Positions 8,116 through 17,812 are shown, counted from the first letter of the stretch. The stretch: DNA of 56,832 bases from a virus (IMGVR_UViG_3300009073_000005:1-56832), one strand, 5' to 3'. The notes: a model not told the origin generated them from the sequence alone. A program made the numbers and translations.

Positions 8116-10130
8116 TAGTTAACCTTTACGTGACCTATTGTTGCGCTAATATATACGAATTCGGCCATCTCGCCGTCCGTGTCTATGATGTAACTAGAAG
8201 GGTTTACGCCATAAAGATTTCCGCCAAAGTTTATAGTTATGTTATTAGTGGAGGCGTCGTTAGCCGAATCAACAACCGCAAATTTCTCGCCGATCTCCCA
8301 GCCGCCTGCGAGCATCGTTGTCGATGTTGCTCCGACACTGGTGTCTACGGGGGTGAGTTCGCCGACCTCAGCGGTGAAGGACCCCGCAACCGTAACCTCA
8401 GAAGCAATATCAAGCCCTTGCCTTAGCTTTCTGTGATAAACCTTACCTGCGGAGTCAGTGGTTAAAACAAACTCGGCAAGAGTGGAGTCGGTGGCGGTGT
8501 CATCAAAGTTATTAAAGGTTATGTCGGTTGTTATAAACTCGGCCCCGGCCTCGCTAACCTTTATTGTTTGAAGCCCGCCAGAGTTAAAGTTTCCACCGGA
8601 AAGGAGCGATACACCGTTGCTTGCGTTTGTGGATAGCGCGGCGATGTATGGAAAACTCACGACGTTTGAACTAAGACCGGTAGCGGTTGCGCTCAAGGCA
8701 CTCACACCACCCGCTGTTAGGTTTACAGTTTCGTCGTCTGCTCCGCCATCCGGGTTCACCTGCACAAATGTTGTATTATCGCTGTCCTGTATCCTGTCTG
8801 ACGTTGATCCAGATACGTCAGAAAGCATTGCGATTGTTCCGTCTTTGTCTGGCATCGTGTATGTTCTTGTTTGCCCAGAAGATATAGATGAAGTCTCGAA
8901 TCTTGCGACTTTGGTTGTGTCCGCGTCATCGAAGATCCTTAGCAGTGAGTCGCTAAATTCACTAGACGCCGCAACCCCAGTCCCACCCAGCCCCGTACCT
9001 AGCGGTGTCCCGAGCAAACTGTAGGTTCCAAGGTTCTGCCATGTGCCACTGTTTGTCGTTGTGTGCCTTAGAGCAATTCTTGCGATAAGAAACGCGGTTC
9101 CCTTAAACTGGGGTGGCACCGTGTACACTGCTGTGTTGTCACGGTCAGCTATTACCTGTGTGTTGTTGCCGTAGCTCTTTGTAGGTATGTTTATGTATCT
9201 CTTGCTGTCGGTTGCGCCGTTAACCCCACCCCATATAACTAGGTTAAATCTCCGGTTAGACATTGTGGCCGAATTTAGGTCTTGAAGTACCTCGTTAATG
9301 TTATCAATCTTTGAAAACTGGTTGGGTCCGTTTCCGTAGTAGTAGGGACCACCGCTGAATGCTGGAAAATCTTGTCTGTGTAGCTGGTAAACCTGGCCAG
9401 CCGTTGTGTCGATCTGGACATCATCCGGTGAAGCCGCGTTGGTTGTTATATTTACAGTAGGCGTGATTCCTGATATGTATTCAGCACCAATCGCGCGAAC
9501 CCGCTCCCGAACATGTGAGAGGGGGCCTCGCGAGTCGAGAGGTGACTCTGTGTATCTCTGTTTCAAAAAGCTGCCCTCAGTGGCCCATGTTGCGGCGTCC
9601 GGTACGATTACCTCGCCTATCCAGGCAAAAGCGCCTATCGGAAGTGTACTCGAAACGTTGAGCTGCCCAGCCCCGCCGTTGTTTGTTACATATAGGTGGT
9701 TTACTGTGCTTAACCCCTCGGTCAATGCAACCCTTGCAGCACCGCCGACTCCGGGGCCATTCGTGCAGTCTAATGTTATCTCTGCCCCGTCAATCGAAAA
9801 GATCATATCACCGCCGCCCATTTTCTCAACGTCAGCGACCAATCCCCCGTCATTTACTACGGTTATCTCAGGCTGGTCCTGAGACATTCCGTCGGCCAGT
9901 CCATAGGCCACAAGAGTTCTCTGCGCACCGCCGACCTCGGCCCATTCGTACCCGGTCCCCGAAAGATTTTGAACAAGGGCCTCTCCCGGTAGTCCATCCG
10001 AAAACTCCGGTAGGTCAGGTATAATCTCACCCAATAGTTCGGCTGCTGCGTCTTTTCTTAGAACGTAATGCCCGCCCCTTCCGGTCCTGGGTAAATATAA
10101 CTCTTCATTCACGATGTTGTTTTTTGTCAT
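8115..10130 (-). CDS. Fibre-like protein A (671 aa), paralogous N-terminus with 10140..11387
   Basis: N-terminal MTKNNIVNEELYLPRTGRGGHYVLRKDAAAELL is about 80% identical to the neighbour. G/T/S/N-rich beta-type remainder. Confidence 0.6.
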   Translation of the reverse strand: MTKNNIVNEELYLPRTGRGGHYVLRKDAAAELLGEIIPDLPEFSDGLPGEALVQNLSGTGYEWAEVGGAQRTLVAYGLADGMSQDQPEITVVNDGGLVADVEKMGGGDMIFSIDGAEITLDCTNGPGVGGAARVALTEGLSTVNHLYVTNNGGAGQLNVSSTLPIGAFAWIGEVIVPDAATWATEGSFLKQRYTESPLDSRGPLSHVRERVRAIGAEYISGITPTVNITTNAASPDDVQIDTTAGQVYQLHRQDFPAFSGGPYYYGNGPNQFSKIDNINEVLQDLNSATMSNRRFNLVIWGGVNGATDSKRYINIPTKSYGNNTQVIADRDNTAVYTVPPQFKGTAFLIARIALRHTTTNSGTWQNLGTYSLLGTPLGTGLGGTGVAASSEFSDSLLRIFDDADTTKVARFETSSISSGQTRTYTMPDKDGTIAMLSDVSGSTSDRIQDSDNTTFVQVNPDGGADDETVNLTAGGVSALSATATGLSSNVVSFPYIAALSTNASNGVSLLSGGNFNSGGLQTIKVSEAGAEFITTDITFNNFDDTATDSTLAEFVLTTDSAGKVYHRKLRQGLDIASEVTVAGSFTAEVGELTPVDTSVGATSTTMLAGGWEIGEKFAVVDSANDASTNNITINFGGNLYGVNPSSYIIDTDGEMAEFVYISATIGHVKVN

Positions 10131-10139
10131 AATAATTCC

Positions 10140-11387
10140 TTAGACATGTAGCCAAACTATGTCGGTGTAATTTCCAGTCCCAGAGACCATTGAAATTTCG
10201 GTAAATAGATTCGTTTCCGTTGAGGTGTCTACGTATGTGAAAATAAGGGTGTCTTTATGGTACGCCTTAACCACGCCAGCTATTCTTGATATCTCCATCT
10301 CGTCACCCGGTGTGGTTGTTGCCACGTTGGTGTTCACTACGGCCCCGTTCTCTACTGGTTTTACGCCGTTAGTGGTTGAGCCGAAATAAAGCCCGTACTG
10401 GATCGTGGTCCAATTGGCGTCAACATAGGTCTCTGAGAATCCTATCATCGAACGCTCTAGGTTTTGTGTGTTTATCTTGAACCTTAACCTGAAATCAACA
10501 CCATTAGCTACTGAACCAAAAGTCGCCCCTGCGTCCCAATCACCACCAGAGCCGCCATTCTTAAGTATGGCGCCCAGAGACGTTGTAACGTTTACGGCGT
10601 TTTGCCATGGGTTTGCGGTGGAGCCTGGGATCTGAACGTCGCTGTAGGTCTCAAGGATAGATGTCGTTCCAAGTGCGTCACCGGAAACTCCGGCCTGCGC
10701 TGTCTGATTTCCTGACGCCGAAGGGTTAACGACAAGTATAGCTTTGTTAGGGGTAATTATATCAGTGCTTACGACAGAGACATCGGGCCCGAAGTCGAAA
10801 GCTGTTGCCCCATTGTAGTTCTCACCCGCAACCTCTATCGTGTTATTTTGACCGTTCTTTGCGTAGTAAGGATCAAGAGAAAGAGTATTGTTATCAAGTA
10901 GCGGGACTGGTACTGAATTTCCAGAAGAATCTCTATAGTAAAGTCCAGGCGAATCAATCGGGGCCGGTAGCGGTGATACCAGAAGATCCCCGTTAGCGTC
11001 CAGGTACATTACGTTATCGACAGCCCTGGTCGCGGTGTCGTCGCTTAGGGCGTTCTTATGTACTATGTTTATGTTTTGGGTGTTTATTTGAACCTGCTCA
11101 GAGCCTGGGGTCTGTAGCACGGTTAAGGAAGAAAGCCCTCCGCCGAGTATCTGAAAGCTCTCACCAAGAAGCAATCTCCGACTACCGTTGAGTCTTCCAC
11201 TTATAAGGTCACTGTCGGAAACATCCATGCTGGAGCTCGAGTCAGCGTTCTGTATCTTGTCGGAGGCTCCTGCCGATATCGCATCAGCAAGAAGCTCTAC
11301 GGCGGCGTCTTTTCTCAATACGTAGCTACCGCCAAGCCCCGTTCTTGGGAGGTGCAGTTCGTCGTTTACTATGTTGTTTTTGCTCAT
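10140..11387 (-). CDS. Fibre-like protein B (415 aa), paralogous N-terminus with 8115..10130
   Basis: N-terminal MSKNNIVNDELHLPRTGLGGSYVLRKDAAVELL. The C-terminal region looks like a jelly-roll/lectin fold (WDAGATFGSV..FRLRFKI). Confidence 0.6.
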   Translation of the reverse strand: MSKNNIVNDELHLPRTGLGGSYVLRKDAAVELLADAISAGASDKIQNADSSSSMDVSDSDLISGRLNGSRRLLLGESFQILGGGLSSLTVLQTPGSEQVQINTQNINIVHKNALSDDTATRAVDNVMYLDANGDLLVSPLPAPIDSPGLYYRDSSGNSVPVPLLDNNTLSLDPYYAKNGQNNTIEVAGENYNGATAFDFGPDVSVVSTDIITPNKAILVVNPSASGNQTAQAGVSGDALGTTSILETYSDVQIPGSTANPWQNAVNVTTSLGAILKNGGSGGDWDAGATFGSVANGVDFRLRFKINTQNLERSMIGFSETYVDANWTTIQYGLYFGSTTNGVKPVENGAVVNTNVATTTPGDEMEISRIAGVVKAYHKDTLIFTYVDTSTETNLFTEISMVSGTGNYTDIVWLHV

Positions 11388-11396
11388 ATCTTAAAC

Positions 11397-12122
11397 CTAC
11401 GCTCTGTCGCTATAGTACCTTTTGTACCTATCAAGTATGTCCAGGTGTGAAACCGAAAGCCCCCTTATCACTGGCCTTCCTGTGTTGTTAAGCTCGCTCG
11501 GCGAAAAGTAGCTAACGGAAACGCTGCCTATCTTTTTGCTCTTAATATCACCGCAATTGCTAACTTTTCCGTTATAGAGCTCGGCAGCCCCAGCCATAAC
11601 GGCGTCCTTTATTGGCCAGGGCAGGGTGCAGATACTATCGTCTTCTGGGTCGCCACCGTCGGCGAGGCAGTAGCCGCCCGAATATGTCACCTTATAGCTG
11701 TAGCACTCAGCGCCAGCCTGTTTTCTTCTATTTGAAGAAGTAATCCTTTTCTGGGCTGTCCACGAAAACTGGCAGCAAGAATTGACTACGCCAGCCCCGG
11801 AGTCAACTAGGTACTTATCGTCACAGCAACATGAGCACATGCTTTCGCAGCAATTATCTTCAAGCTCTATCGACTTTAGATTAGATATTGGGTAGCGGGA
11901 TAATATGAGAGAGTTTTGGCCAAATCCCTGCACGTATTCAACGTGATCCTCAACGTATCCCAATTTTCTGTCCAAGTAATTTTCTATAAGTTCTGAAGAT
12001 ATTTTTATGTATCTCTCTGCCTTAGCCTCGTCGATAACCTCAAGCCCGAGGTAATCCTTAAGATCCTCAACGGAGCATAACATTATCTCCTTATTACCGG
12101 TTGTGTCGCATACTGATGGCAT
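11397..12122 (-). CDS. gp6-like head-tail connector (adaptor) with a Cys-rich insertion
   Basis: VEDLKDYLGLEVIDEAKAERYIKISSELIENYL is the classic gp6-like adaptor N-terminus. The start may instead be the internal M (MLCSVEDL). Confidence 0.6.
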   Translation of the reverse strand: MPSVCDTTGNKEIMLCSVEDLKDYLGLEVIDEAKAERYIKISSELIENYLDRKLGYVEDHVEYVQGFGQNSLILSRYPISNLKSIELEDNCCESMCSCCCDDKYLVDSGAGVVNSCCQFSWTAQKRITSSNRRKQAGAECYSYKVTYSGGYCLADGGDPEDDSICTLPWPIKDAVMAGAAELYNGKVSNCGDIKSKKIGSVSVSYFSPSELNNTGRPVIRGLSVSHLDILDRYKRYYSDRA

Positions 12123-12139
12123 ATGGTAATAATACAGCT

Positions 12140-12340
12140 TTAGAGATTTTTACGTATTAACTTCTCATCGTCGAAGACTTTGTTTTTAGACTTTACGCTC
12201 TTTCTCTTTTTGGGTTTTTCTGGGAAAAATTCTCTGGCAATGTTCTCAAAAACAAGAAAAGAGGCGGTCTTGTCATCAAGCTCCGCCTCTTCGTCTCGTT
12301 TGTAGTTTTGCCATCCTGTCAGGAAAACTACGCTTCTCAT
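12140..12340 (-). CDS. Hypothetical protein (66 aa)
   Basis: ORF within the head module, abutting the upstream gene. Basic C-terminus. Confidence 0.45.
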   Translation of the reverse strand: MRSVVFLTGWQNYKRDEEAELDDKTASFLVFENIAREFFPEKPKKRKSVKSKNKVFDDEKLIRKNL

Positions 12341-12927
12341 TAAAGCTCCGTAACTACGGCTTTGGAAACTGCGTGCTGGCGCTCAAGTGATCCTAGGATA
12401 TCAACAGAAATAGCATCCGCTGACGTTCCGTTGAACTCCTGGTCGATAGCCGCAAGTCTAACGTATCGATTAAGTCGCCCGGCGTCGATGTTGGTTGCGA
12501 GGTAAAGGATTGAACCTGCCCCTGCATTACCGGCACGAATCTCGCCTTCAACTTTAATTGTGTTAGTTGCAGCATCAAAACCATCGATCAAGTCTTCACA
12601 GTAAAAGTCAGTTATCGTGACCTCAGTCCATGTCGAAGCGTCGGTGGATTGCTCCAGCTTGAAAGCGATCTCAAACTTGTCTCCGACCTGCGGAAAGACT
12701 GTGCTTCCACCTGCCGCTGACGCGTCAATTACCGCGTGAATGCCGATTCCGTCGTGCCGCTCAACCTTGGTTAATTCAGCTACAGGGTCATAAACCCGTG
12801 GAAGTCGATCTATGTAATAATTACTTGCACCAATAGCCGCACTCGCATCTGTCAGGCCACTTGCGCGAGCAAGTACCTGGTAGTATGTGGTGTCAGCTGG
12901 TGATCGGTATGTTCCGTATAAACTCAT
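12340..12927 (-). CDS. Head-associated protein, function unknown (195 aa)
   Basis: Lies directly downstream of the major capsid gene. Confidence 0.5.
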   Translation of the reverse strand: MSLYGTYRSPADTTYYQVLARASGLTDASAAIGASNYYIDRLPRVYDPVAELTKVERHDGIGIHAVIDASAAGGSTVFPQVGDKFEIAFKLEQSTDASTWTEVTITDFYCEDLIDGFDAATNTIKVEGEIRAGNAGAGSILYLATNIDAGRLNRYVRLAAIDQEFNGTSADAISVDILGSLERQHAVSKAVVTEL

Positions 12928-12938
12928 CTCAATACTCC

Positions 12939-14072
12939 TTATGCGATCCAGTCGATGTTTTCAAGAACCGCAATCTCTTTGCCGTCGTGACGGAAGCCGA
13001 TGTCCACGTTTGTTTCAGCGTAGAAATCAACATGCGTAGGACATGCTCGTGTTTTTGCCAATCGCTCAAGCTTCATCAAGGGCGTACCCGTACCGTAAAG
13101 CACATGACGGAAGTCAACCAAGATCAACTTGTCCGATGGAACGTTGTTAGATGAAACATATTTGTAACCTTGAAACATTCCTTGGGCCATTTCAGGGAAT
13201 GCAATGTTTCCGTTGCCGTCTGAAATCTGAACCAAAGCCTCTTCAACTTCGTAACTCATTAGGATTTTTCCGCTGTCGCGAGTAGGTCGAACGTTTTTCT
13301 TCTTCAATACCAAGCGAAGCTTAGACATGAATTTTCGTACTTCCTCAAGCGTAACTTCTGCTCCGGCCTTAGCGCCATCAACAAAGTTTTCCGCAGGGCA
13401 CTTGTTAAGCAATCCCAAAGGCTCGCCGTTTGCGCCTGTTCCGTATATGAAAGCCTGGTCGATAAGTGTAGCTAATCCGTCAAACATGTCTGCTTGAAGA
13501 ATGCTCACAACGCCAAAGCTTGAAAGACTTAATAAGTCCTCGCACACTGGAACGATTAAGCTGGCTTTCTTTTGTTGCATTTGCATCATATCAAAAGTAG
13601 GCTGGCTCTCATCTGCTGGGCCGCAAGCGCCACCCCATCCGCCTTGTGAACCAGTCGCGTGACGTGGTACAACTAGGTGGCCGTTAACTAGCTCAACTCG
13701 TCCCGGATTGCACTGAAAAAATACAGATTCGTTACGAAGCAATTCGATAACTGAAGCTGAATAGTTAGGTGCGATAAGGGCCGCGCCGCCGCTAATGCTT
13801 AACGGGCTAAGGTCCTTCGCTACGTCGTCAAAGCCTTTTGCTTTAGCGATTTGCGGGGCCTGCCATGGTTGCTGTGCAGCTGCTACGCATGAGATAGCCT
13901 TCATCAAGTCGTCAGTTGTTCTCTCTGCTTTACCAGAGATACCCTGATGCGCCTTAACGAATGCGCTCGTGTAATCTTCTCGGTTTGATTTCAAATAACC
14001 TTTCAGCTCTTCCTTAATAGGTGCAAGAGCATCTTGGGTCATTTCTTCAACCGTCTTGTTTGTTTCGGTCAT
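12939..14072 (-). CDS. Major capsid protein, HK97 family
   Basis: 377 aa immediately after the prohead protease. N-terminal delta-like helical region followed by the pattern LLRNESVFFQ..VVPRHATGSQGGW typical of HK97-type capsids. Confidence 0.8.
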   Translation of the reverse strand: MTETNKTVEEMTQDALAPIKEELKGYLKSNREDYTSAFVKAHQGISGKAERTTDDLMKAISCVAAAQQPWQAPQIAKAKGFDDVAKDLSPLSISGGAALIAPNYSASVIELLRNESVFFQCNPGRVELVNGHLVVPRHATGSQGGWGGACGPADESQPTFDMMQMQQKKASLIVPVCEDLLSLSSFGVVSILQADMFDGLATLIDQAFIYGTGANGEPLGLLNKCPAENFVDGAKAGAEVTLEEVRKFMSKLRLVLKKKNVRPTRDSGKILMSYEVEEALVQISDGNGNIAFPEMAQGMFQGYKYVSSNNVPSDKLILVDFRHVLYGTGTPLMKLERLAKTRACPTHVDFYAETNVDIGFRHDGKEIAVLENIDWIA

Positions 14073-15050
14073 TTACTTTTCTCCTTTAATTTCTTTTATC
14101 ATTTCGCTCATTTCTTTGGCTACGATTCTTGCAACAGTCACCTCGACCGGAGTTTCATCGTTCCCTTTGTGAGTGGTTTTTGTTTCTTGCTCTTCACCCT
14201 CAGATTCGCCATCGACTAAAGCAGTTGCTGATTTCGAAACAAGGTTCGAAACCAATCCCTTAACTTCATCCATGTCTGCACGGAGCGCAATCAAGGTTTT
14301 CTCTAGGTCGAAAGATTTATCAGATTCTGGGGCGTCTGGTGCCTCCTCTTCTGCGTTATCTTCTTTCTCTTCTTTTTCGCATTCGCAAGGCTCACTTCCG
14401 CACTCGCATTGCTTTTTATCTTCTGACGCCTGTTCAGGTTCTGCGACGTTATCTGTCGCTTCATCTTCGACGATTTCTGTGTTTTCACTCATCGTTTTAT
14501 CCTTAAAGAATTGCTCGAAAAGTTTAGTGCGGCTCTCCGCACACAAACTATCCGAGCTTTTATTAAATTCTGCCACCGACCGTGGGTTGTCCGGGATCGT
14601 AACTATCGACCATTCAAGCAGCTCCTGCTCGTGAAAGTCTACAGGCCGGTCAAAGTCTTTCGATCTCTCTTTGTTTGGAGTGGCGCGTATTGGTCTCATG
14701 CCTATCGAAACAGCCTTGAATGCACCAAATGCCGACATCTTACCGATCTCGTTCGCAACCTTTGACACGATCTCTGGCGGGTAATGGGCGATTCCCCAAA
14801 GGGCACCCTTCTCCACAAAAACACTACCCTTAGCGGCTGGTATGCTTTTTCTGTCATGGTTAACAAGTACTACCGGGTTGCGGTTGTAGTTGTCTAGGTG
14901 CCATCCATCCTGGTTTATTGTATCGCCGCTCCGGTCAGGTATGGAATCGGAAAGTTTGTATTTAACCTTAATGCCGTTTTTAGTGGCCTTTTCCCAGTCA
15001 AACTCCTTGTCCTCTTCGAGTATCTCGCCGAAATACTTATTGATAATCAT
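14073..15050 (-). CDS. Prohead protease (HK97/S78 family) fused to an acidic scaffold-like C-terminal region
   Basis: DRSGDTINQDGW..NPVVLVNHDRKSIPAAKG..EWSIVTIPDNPRSV matches the S78 protease pattern. The C-terminal 130 aa are E/D-rich and include CECGSEPCECE. Confidence 0.75.
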   Translation of the reverse strand: MIINKYFGEILEEDKEFDWEKATKNGIKVKYKLSDSIPDRSGDTINQDGWHLDNYNRNPVVLVNHDRKSIPAAKGSVFVEKGALWGIAHYPPEIVSKVANEIGKMSAFGAFKAVSIGMRPIRATPNKERSKDFDRPVDFHEQELLEWSIVTIPDNPRSVAEFNKSSDSLCAESRTKLFEQFFKDKTMSENTEIVEDEATDNVAEPEQASEDKKQCECGSEPCECEKEEKEDNAEEEAPDAPESDKSFDLEKTLIALRADMDEVKGLVSNLVSKSATALVDGESEGEEQETKTTHKGNDETPVEVTVARIVAKEMSEMIKEIKGEK

Positions 15051-17164
15051 AACCGAGAACCCTCAAGGGCTTTTCCGGTTTCACGAGCTGCCGTTATTAT
15101 TTTCTTTTCAAACATAGATTTCAACAGTTTAACAGTCTTCATTAATTGTTCGTCTTGCTTTTTAACAGCCTTGAGCCTTTCGGTCTTTGTTCGTTTGGAT
15201 TTCTCTCCGTTAGGGTCACTGGCCAGGCCAATCATCGTGCATCTGCAATTGATATTATTAACCGGCTGCGTAAACGATGTAGGGTACTCGGCGGAGTCCA
15301 TATAACCGTCAGGGCCGGTCACGGTAAACACATCGTTATAGCGAACGACAGCCCCGTCTATCGCCTTGTGATAGTCCCTAGACCCCTTGCCGAAGCTGTT
15401 GTGTACCCATTCTTTGTAGTTTATTCTTCCAGAAGCTTGAAAGCTTCTGTTTTTGGCAAAGTTTGAAGCTTTGGCTGATTCCGTTCTAGCAATGACTAGG
15501 GCTTTCTTTTTCGATATTCCATCAACGGCAGACATTAACCTTTTCACAGTATCCCGTGCGGTGAAACCATCCAAAGCCGCATCCCTCATTATGTTTCTAA
15601 ATTGTGATTTAAGGCCAGCCGTGAACGCCTCATCGCCAAGAGATCTTACCGTGCTCGTTATGTATGCCTCGGTCGCTTCGTCACCTAACTGGACCGATTC
15701 GCTCGGGTCAGGGTTAGTAATTCCTATCTCTTCCTCAGCTATCTTGTTGAATTTTCCCATGGCATCGCGAAGGGCCTCTTCGACCTCCTCGCTACCGAAT
15801 ATGTCGTCCCAATCAACAGAGGATAAGGCGGTATCGATATCAGCAGAGGTGATTGCACTCTTATTGACGGGATACAAACCTTCGGCGATATTTTCATCAA
15901 AAGATTTAGAGCCCGAAGCCGATGGCTTGTCCCTAGCGTTTGGGTCTTCCCGGCTTCCATTAGGCGATCCAAAGCGAGAACCGACCTCTGGGTCCGGTAA
16001 AGGTTTAAGTCCAATGTTAGCGCGCACCTCATCGTATGTGACCACCTCTTTATGGGCCTCTAATTGTTGCCTTATCTTCTCGTTGTCATCCGGTACACTT
16101 GTTCGGCAAGCCAGAACCATGCCTGAGTCGGGCCAGAACACATCGATAACCTGTGATTGAATCTCGCTAACTATATAAGATATGCGAGGCTCGATAACTG
16201 TTCTTGCGTATATGTACTCTGCCGCGTCTATGGTTGCGCGGTTAGAATTTGTGATGATCCCGAGCATCTCCGGTGGTATACCGAATGTCTGTATGATCAT
16301 GTCCCGCTGGTACTTTCTGAGATCTATCATCTCCAGCTGGCTTAAGTTTTGCTGTAGTTGCTGGTAGTCTATCTTTCTATTGGTGAACCTGACGCCGGAG
16401 GTTTTTTCAACCCCAAGATGTCTATTCTGCCAGTCAGCCTTCGCTTGTTTCAGCTGGTCCGTAGTCATGTTCTCGAACGATACGATCGCAGACGGCTCTG
16501 CATTGTTCGCAAGAAAAGCCCGCAAGTACTTTGAGGCCATTTCGTCGGTGTCTATCTCGTCCGACAGGGCACGGGTCGCGGAGCTCCCTATGTGGGCGTA
16601 TGGTTGTGTCGGGTCCGTGTTGGCGAACTTTACTACCTGGTGGGGATCAACTGTAAGCGAGTCTGCCCCGTTATCGTCGAATTTTACAGTGTAAGTGTCA
16701 CTGTCATGATTAAACTGGCACCAATTCGGCGGTATAGGCCAATACATCGAAGGAGATCCTGATCGATCAAGTTGAACGAACCAGTAGTATATACCGGGAA
16801 GCTCGTAATACATCTGGCCAACCTTAAAGGCTGTCTGTTTCGACATGACCGGATTAGCCTTGTTTATGAAATCAAGTATCTCGTGTTTCGTAATTGGGGT
16901 CTTATGTTCTGAGGAATCGTTTTTATCGTAAAGATAAAGATTCCCAGATATATGGTGCGAAACAGTGTCAGATATCTTTCCAACAGCGGCCCGGACCCAT
17001 GGAATATTGGAGTAGGAGTCAAGAGGTGTCCGCGTCTGTCGCGATGTTTCCGACATATCAAAAAGAGATTGGAGCGTTGATCCGCCCTCTGCATTGACGC
17101 TCGATGTCGAATAAACCTGCTGGGATTTTGACAGCAGGGAGCCGAAGAAAGATTTTTTCTTCAC
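15047..17164 (-). CDS. Portal protein with C-terminal MuF / SPP1 gp7-like head morphogenesis domain
   Basis: 705 aa between terL and the protease. C-terminus ARTESAKASNFA..YKEWVH..RDYHKAIDG..NNINCRCTMI is the Phage_Mu_F signature. Confidence 0.7.
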   Translation of the reverse strand: MKKKSFFGSLLSKSQQVYSTSSVNAEGGSTLQSLFDMSETSRQTRTPLDSYSNIPWVRAAVGKISDTVSHHISGNLYLYDKNDSSEHKTPITKHEILDFINKANPVMSKQTAFKVGQMYYELPGIYYWFVQLDRSGSPSMYWPIPPNWCQFNHDSDTYTVKFDDNGADSLTVDPHQVVKFANTDPTQPYAHIGSSATRALSDEIDTDEMASKYLRAFLANNAEPSAIVSFENMTTDQLKQAKADWQNRHLGVEKTSGVRFTNRKIDYQQLQQNLSQLEMIDLRKYQRDMIIQTFGIPPEMLGIITNSNRATIDAAEYIYARTVIEPRISYIVSEIQSQVIDVFWPDSGMVLACRTSVPDDNEKIRQQLEAHKEVVTYDEVRANIGLKPLPDPEVGSRFGSPNGSREDPNARDKPSASGSKSFDENIAEGLYPVNKSAITSADIDTALSSVDWDDIFGSEEVEEALRDAMGKFNKIAEEEIGITNPDPSESVQLGDEATEAYITSTVRSLGDEAFTAGLKSQFRNIMRDAALDGFTARDTVKRLMSAVDGISKKKALVIARTESAKASNFAKNRSFQASGRINYKEWVHNSFGKGSRDYHKAIDGAVVRYNDVFTVTGPDGYMDSAEYPTSFTQPVNNINCRCTMIGLASDPNGEKSKRTKTERLKAVKKQDEQLMKTVKLLKSMFEKKIITAARETGKALEGSRL

Positions 17165-17165
17165 T

Positions 17166-17441
17166 TTATTGTTCTTTCTTGTTTATTAGATTTCGGAGAG
17201 AAAGTTTTCCCGTTTTAACTTCGGCATCTTCTTTTACCGCGATCGGCTCGGGATCTTCGCTATCGGCTTTCGCCTCGGAGCCGGATTCCAGCTCAACTTT
17301 GTCCTCTAATTCTTCTTCTTGCTCTACGTGTTTTTCAAGCTCTTCTATTAACTTTGTCTGGTTGTAAACACCGATCGACACGTTTCTTCCTGCTATTTGT
17401 TTAAGTCTCTCTAATTCTTTGGCTTTCATTTGTGACTCCAT
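17166..17441 (-). CDS. Hypothetical acidic protein (91 aa)
   Basis: ORF abutting the portal start, E/K-rich. Confidence 0.5.
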   Translation of the reverse strand: MESQMKAKELERLKQIAGRNVSIGVYNQTKLIEELEKHVEQEEELEDKVELESGSEAKADSEDPEPIAVKEDAEVKTGKLSLRNLINKKEQ

Positions 17442-17497
17442 GATGATTCTTTTGTGCTATTGTAAGCATAAACCAACTTTTAACGGGGGATTAAATA

Positions 17498-17812
17498 ATG
17501 ATGACTAAGGTTATAACCAGGGTGCTAACAATAGTCACCCCTCTGGTGCTGGATTTGCTACTAAAGTATGTTGATAAGTGGATCAAAGAAAACAGAAACA
17601 ACAACGAAGGCGAAAAAATAGAGGACCTAGAATTAAAAGTGAAAGAATTATCCGGTAAAACAGAAACAATGGTCAAAAAGCTAGACATTGCCAAGGCTGA
17701 AAAATTGGAGCTCGAAGAAGCGCTTCTTAGGTTGCGGCAGGCCCGGCTAGAGGTCTCGATGAACAAGGCCACGGCAAGAAACCCGAGCCATACTCACCAC
17801 ATAGACCGCTAG
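17498..17812 (+). CDS. Membrane-anchored coiled-coil protein (holin- or i-spanin-like architecture), opposite orientation to the late operon
   Basis: GGGGGA lies 8 nt upstream of the ATG. N-terminal TM helix VITRVLTIVTPLVLDLLL followed by a K/E-rich coiled coil. Confidence 0.55.
   Translation: MMTKVITRVLTIVTPLVLDLLLKYVDKWIKENRNNNEGEKIEDLELKVKELSGKTETMVKKLDIAKAEKLELEEALLRLRQARLEVSMNKATARNPSHTHHIDR

Noticed and set aside
8115-11387. Diversity-generating retroelement or retron acting on the fibre genes
   Set aside because: No reverse transcriptase ORF (no YxDD motif) occurs anywhere in the genome. I also saw no template/variable repeat pair apart from the N-terminal paralogy.
17491-17772. Minus-strand 93-aa ORF that would keep the late operon uninterrupted
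   Set aside because: It is an S/F/L-rich antisense shadow of the plus-strand coiled-coil gene and has no RBS. The plus-strand ORF has a GGGGGA RBS and a coherent TM plus coiled-coil architecture.
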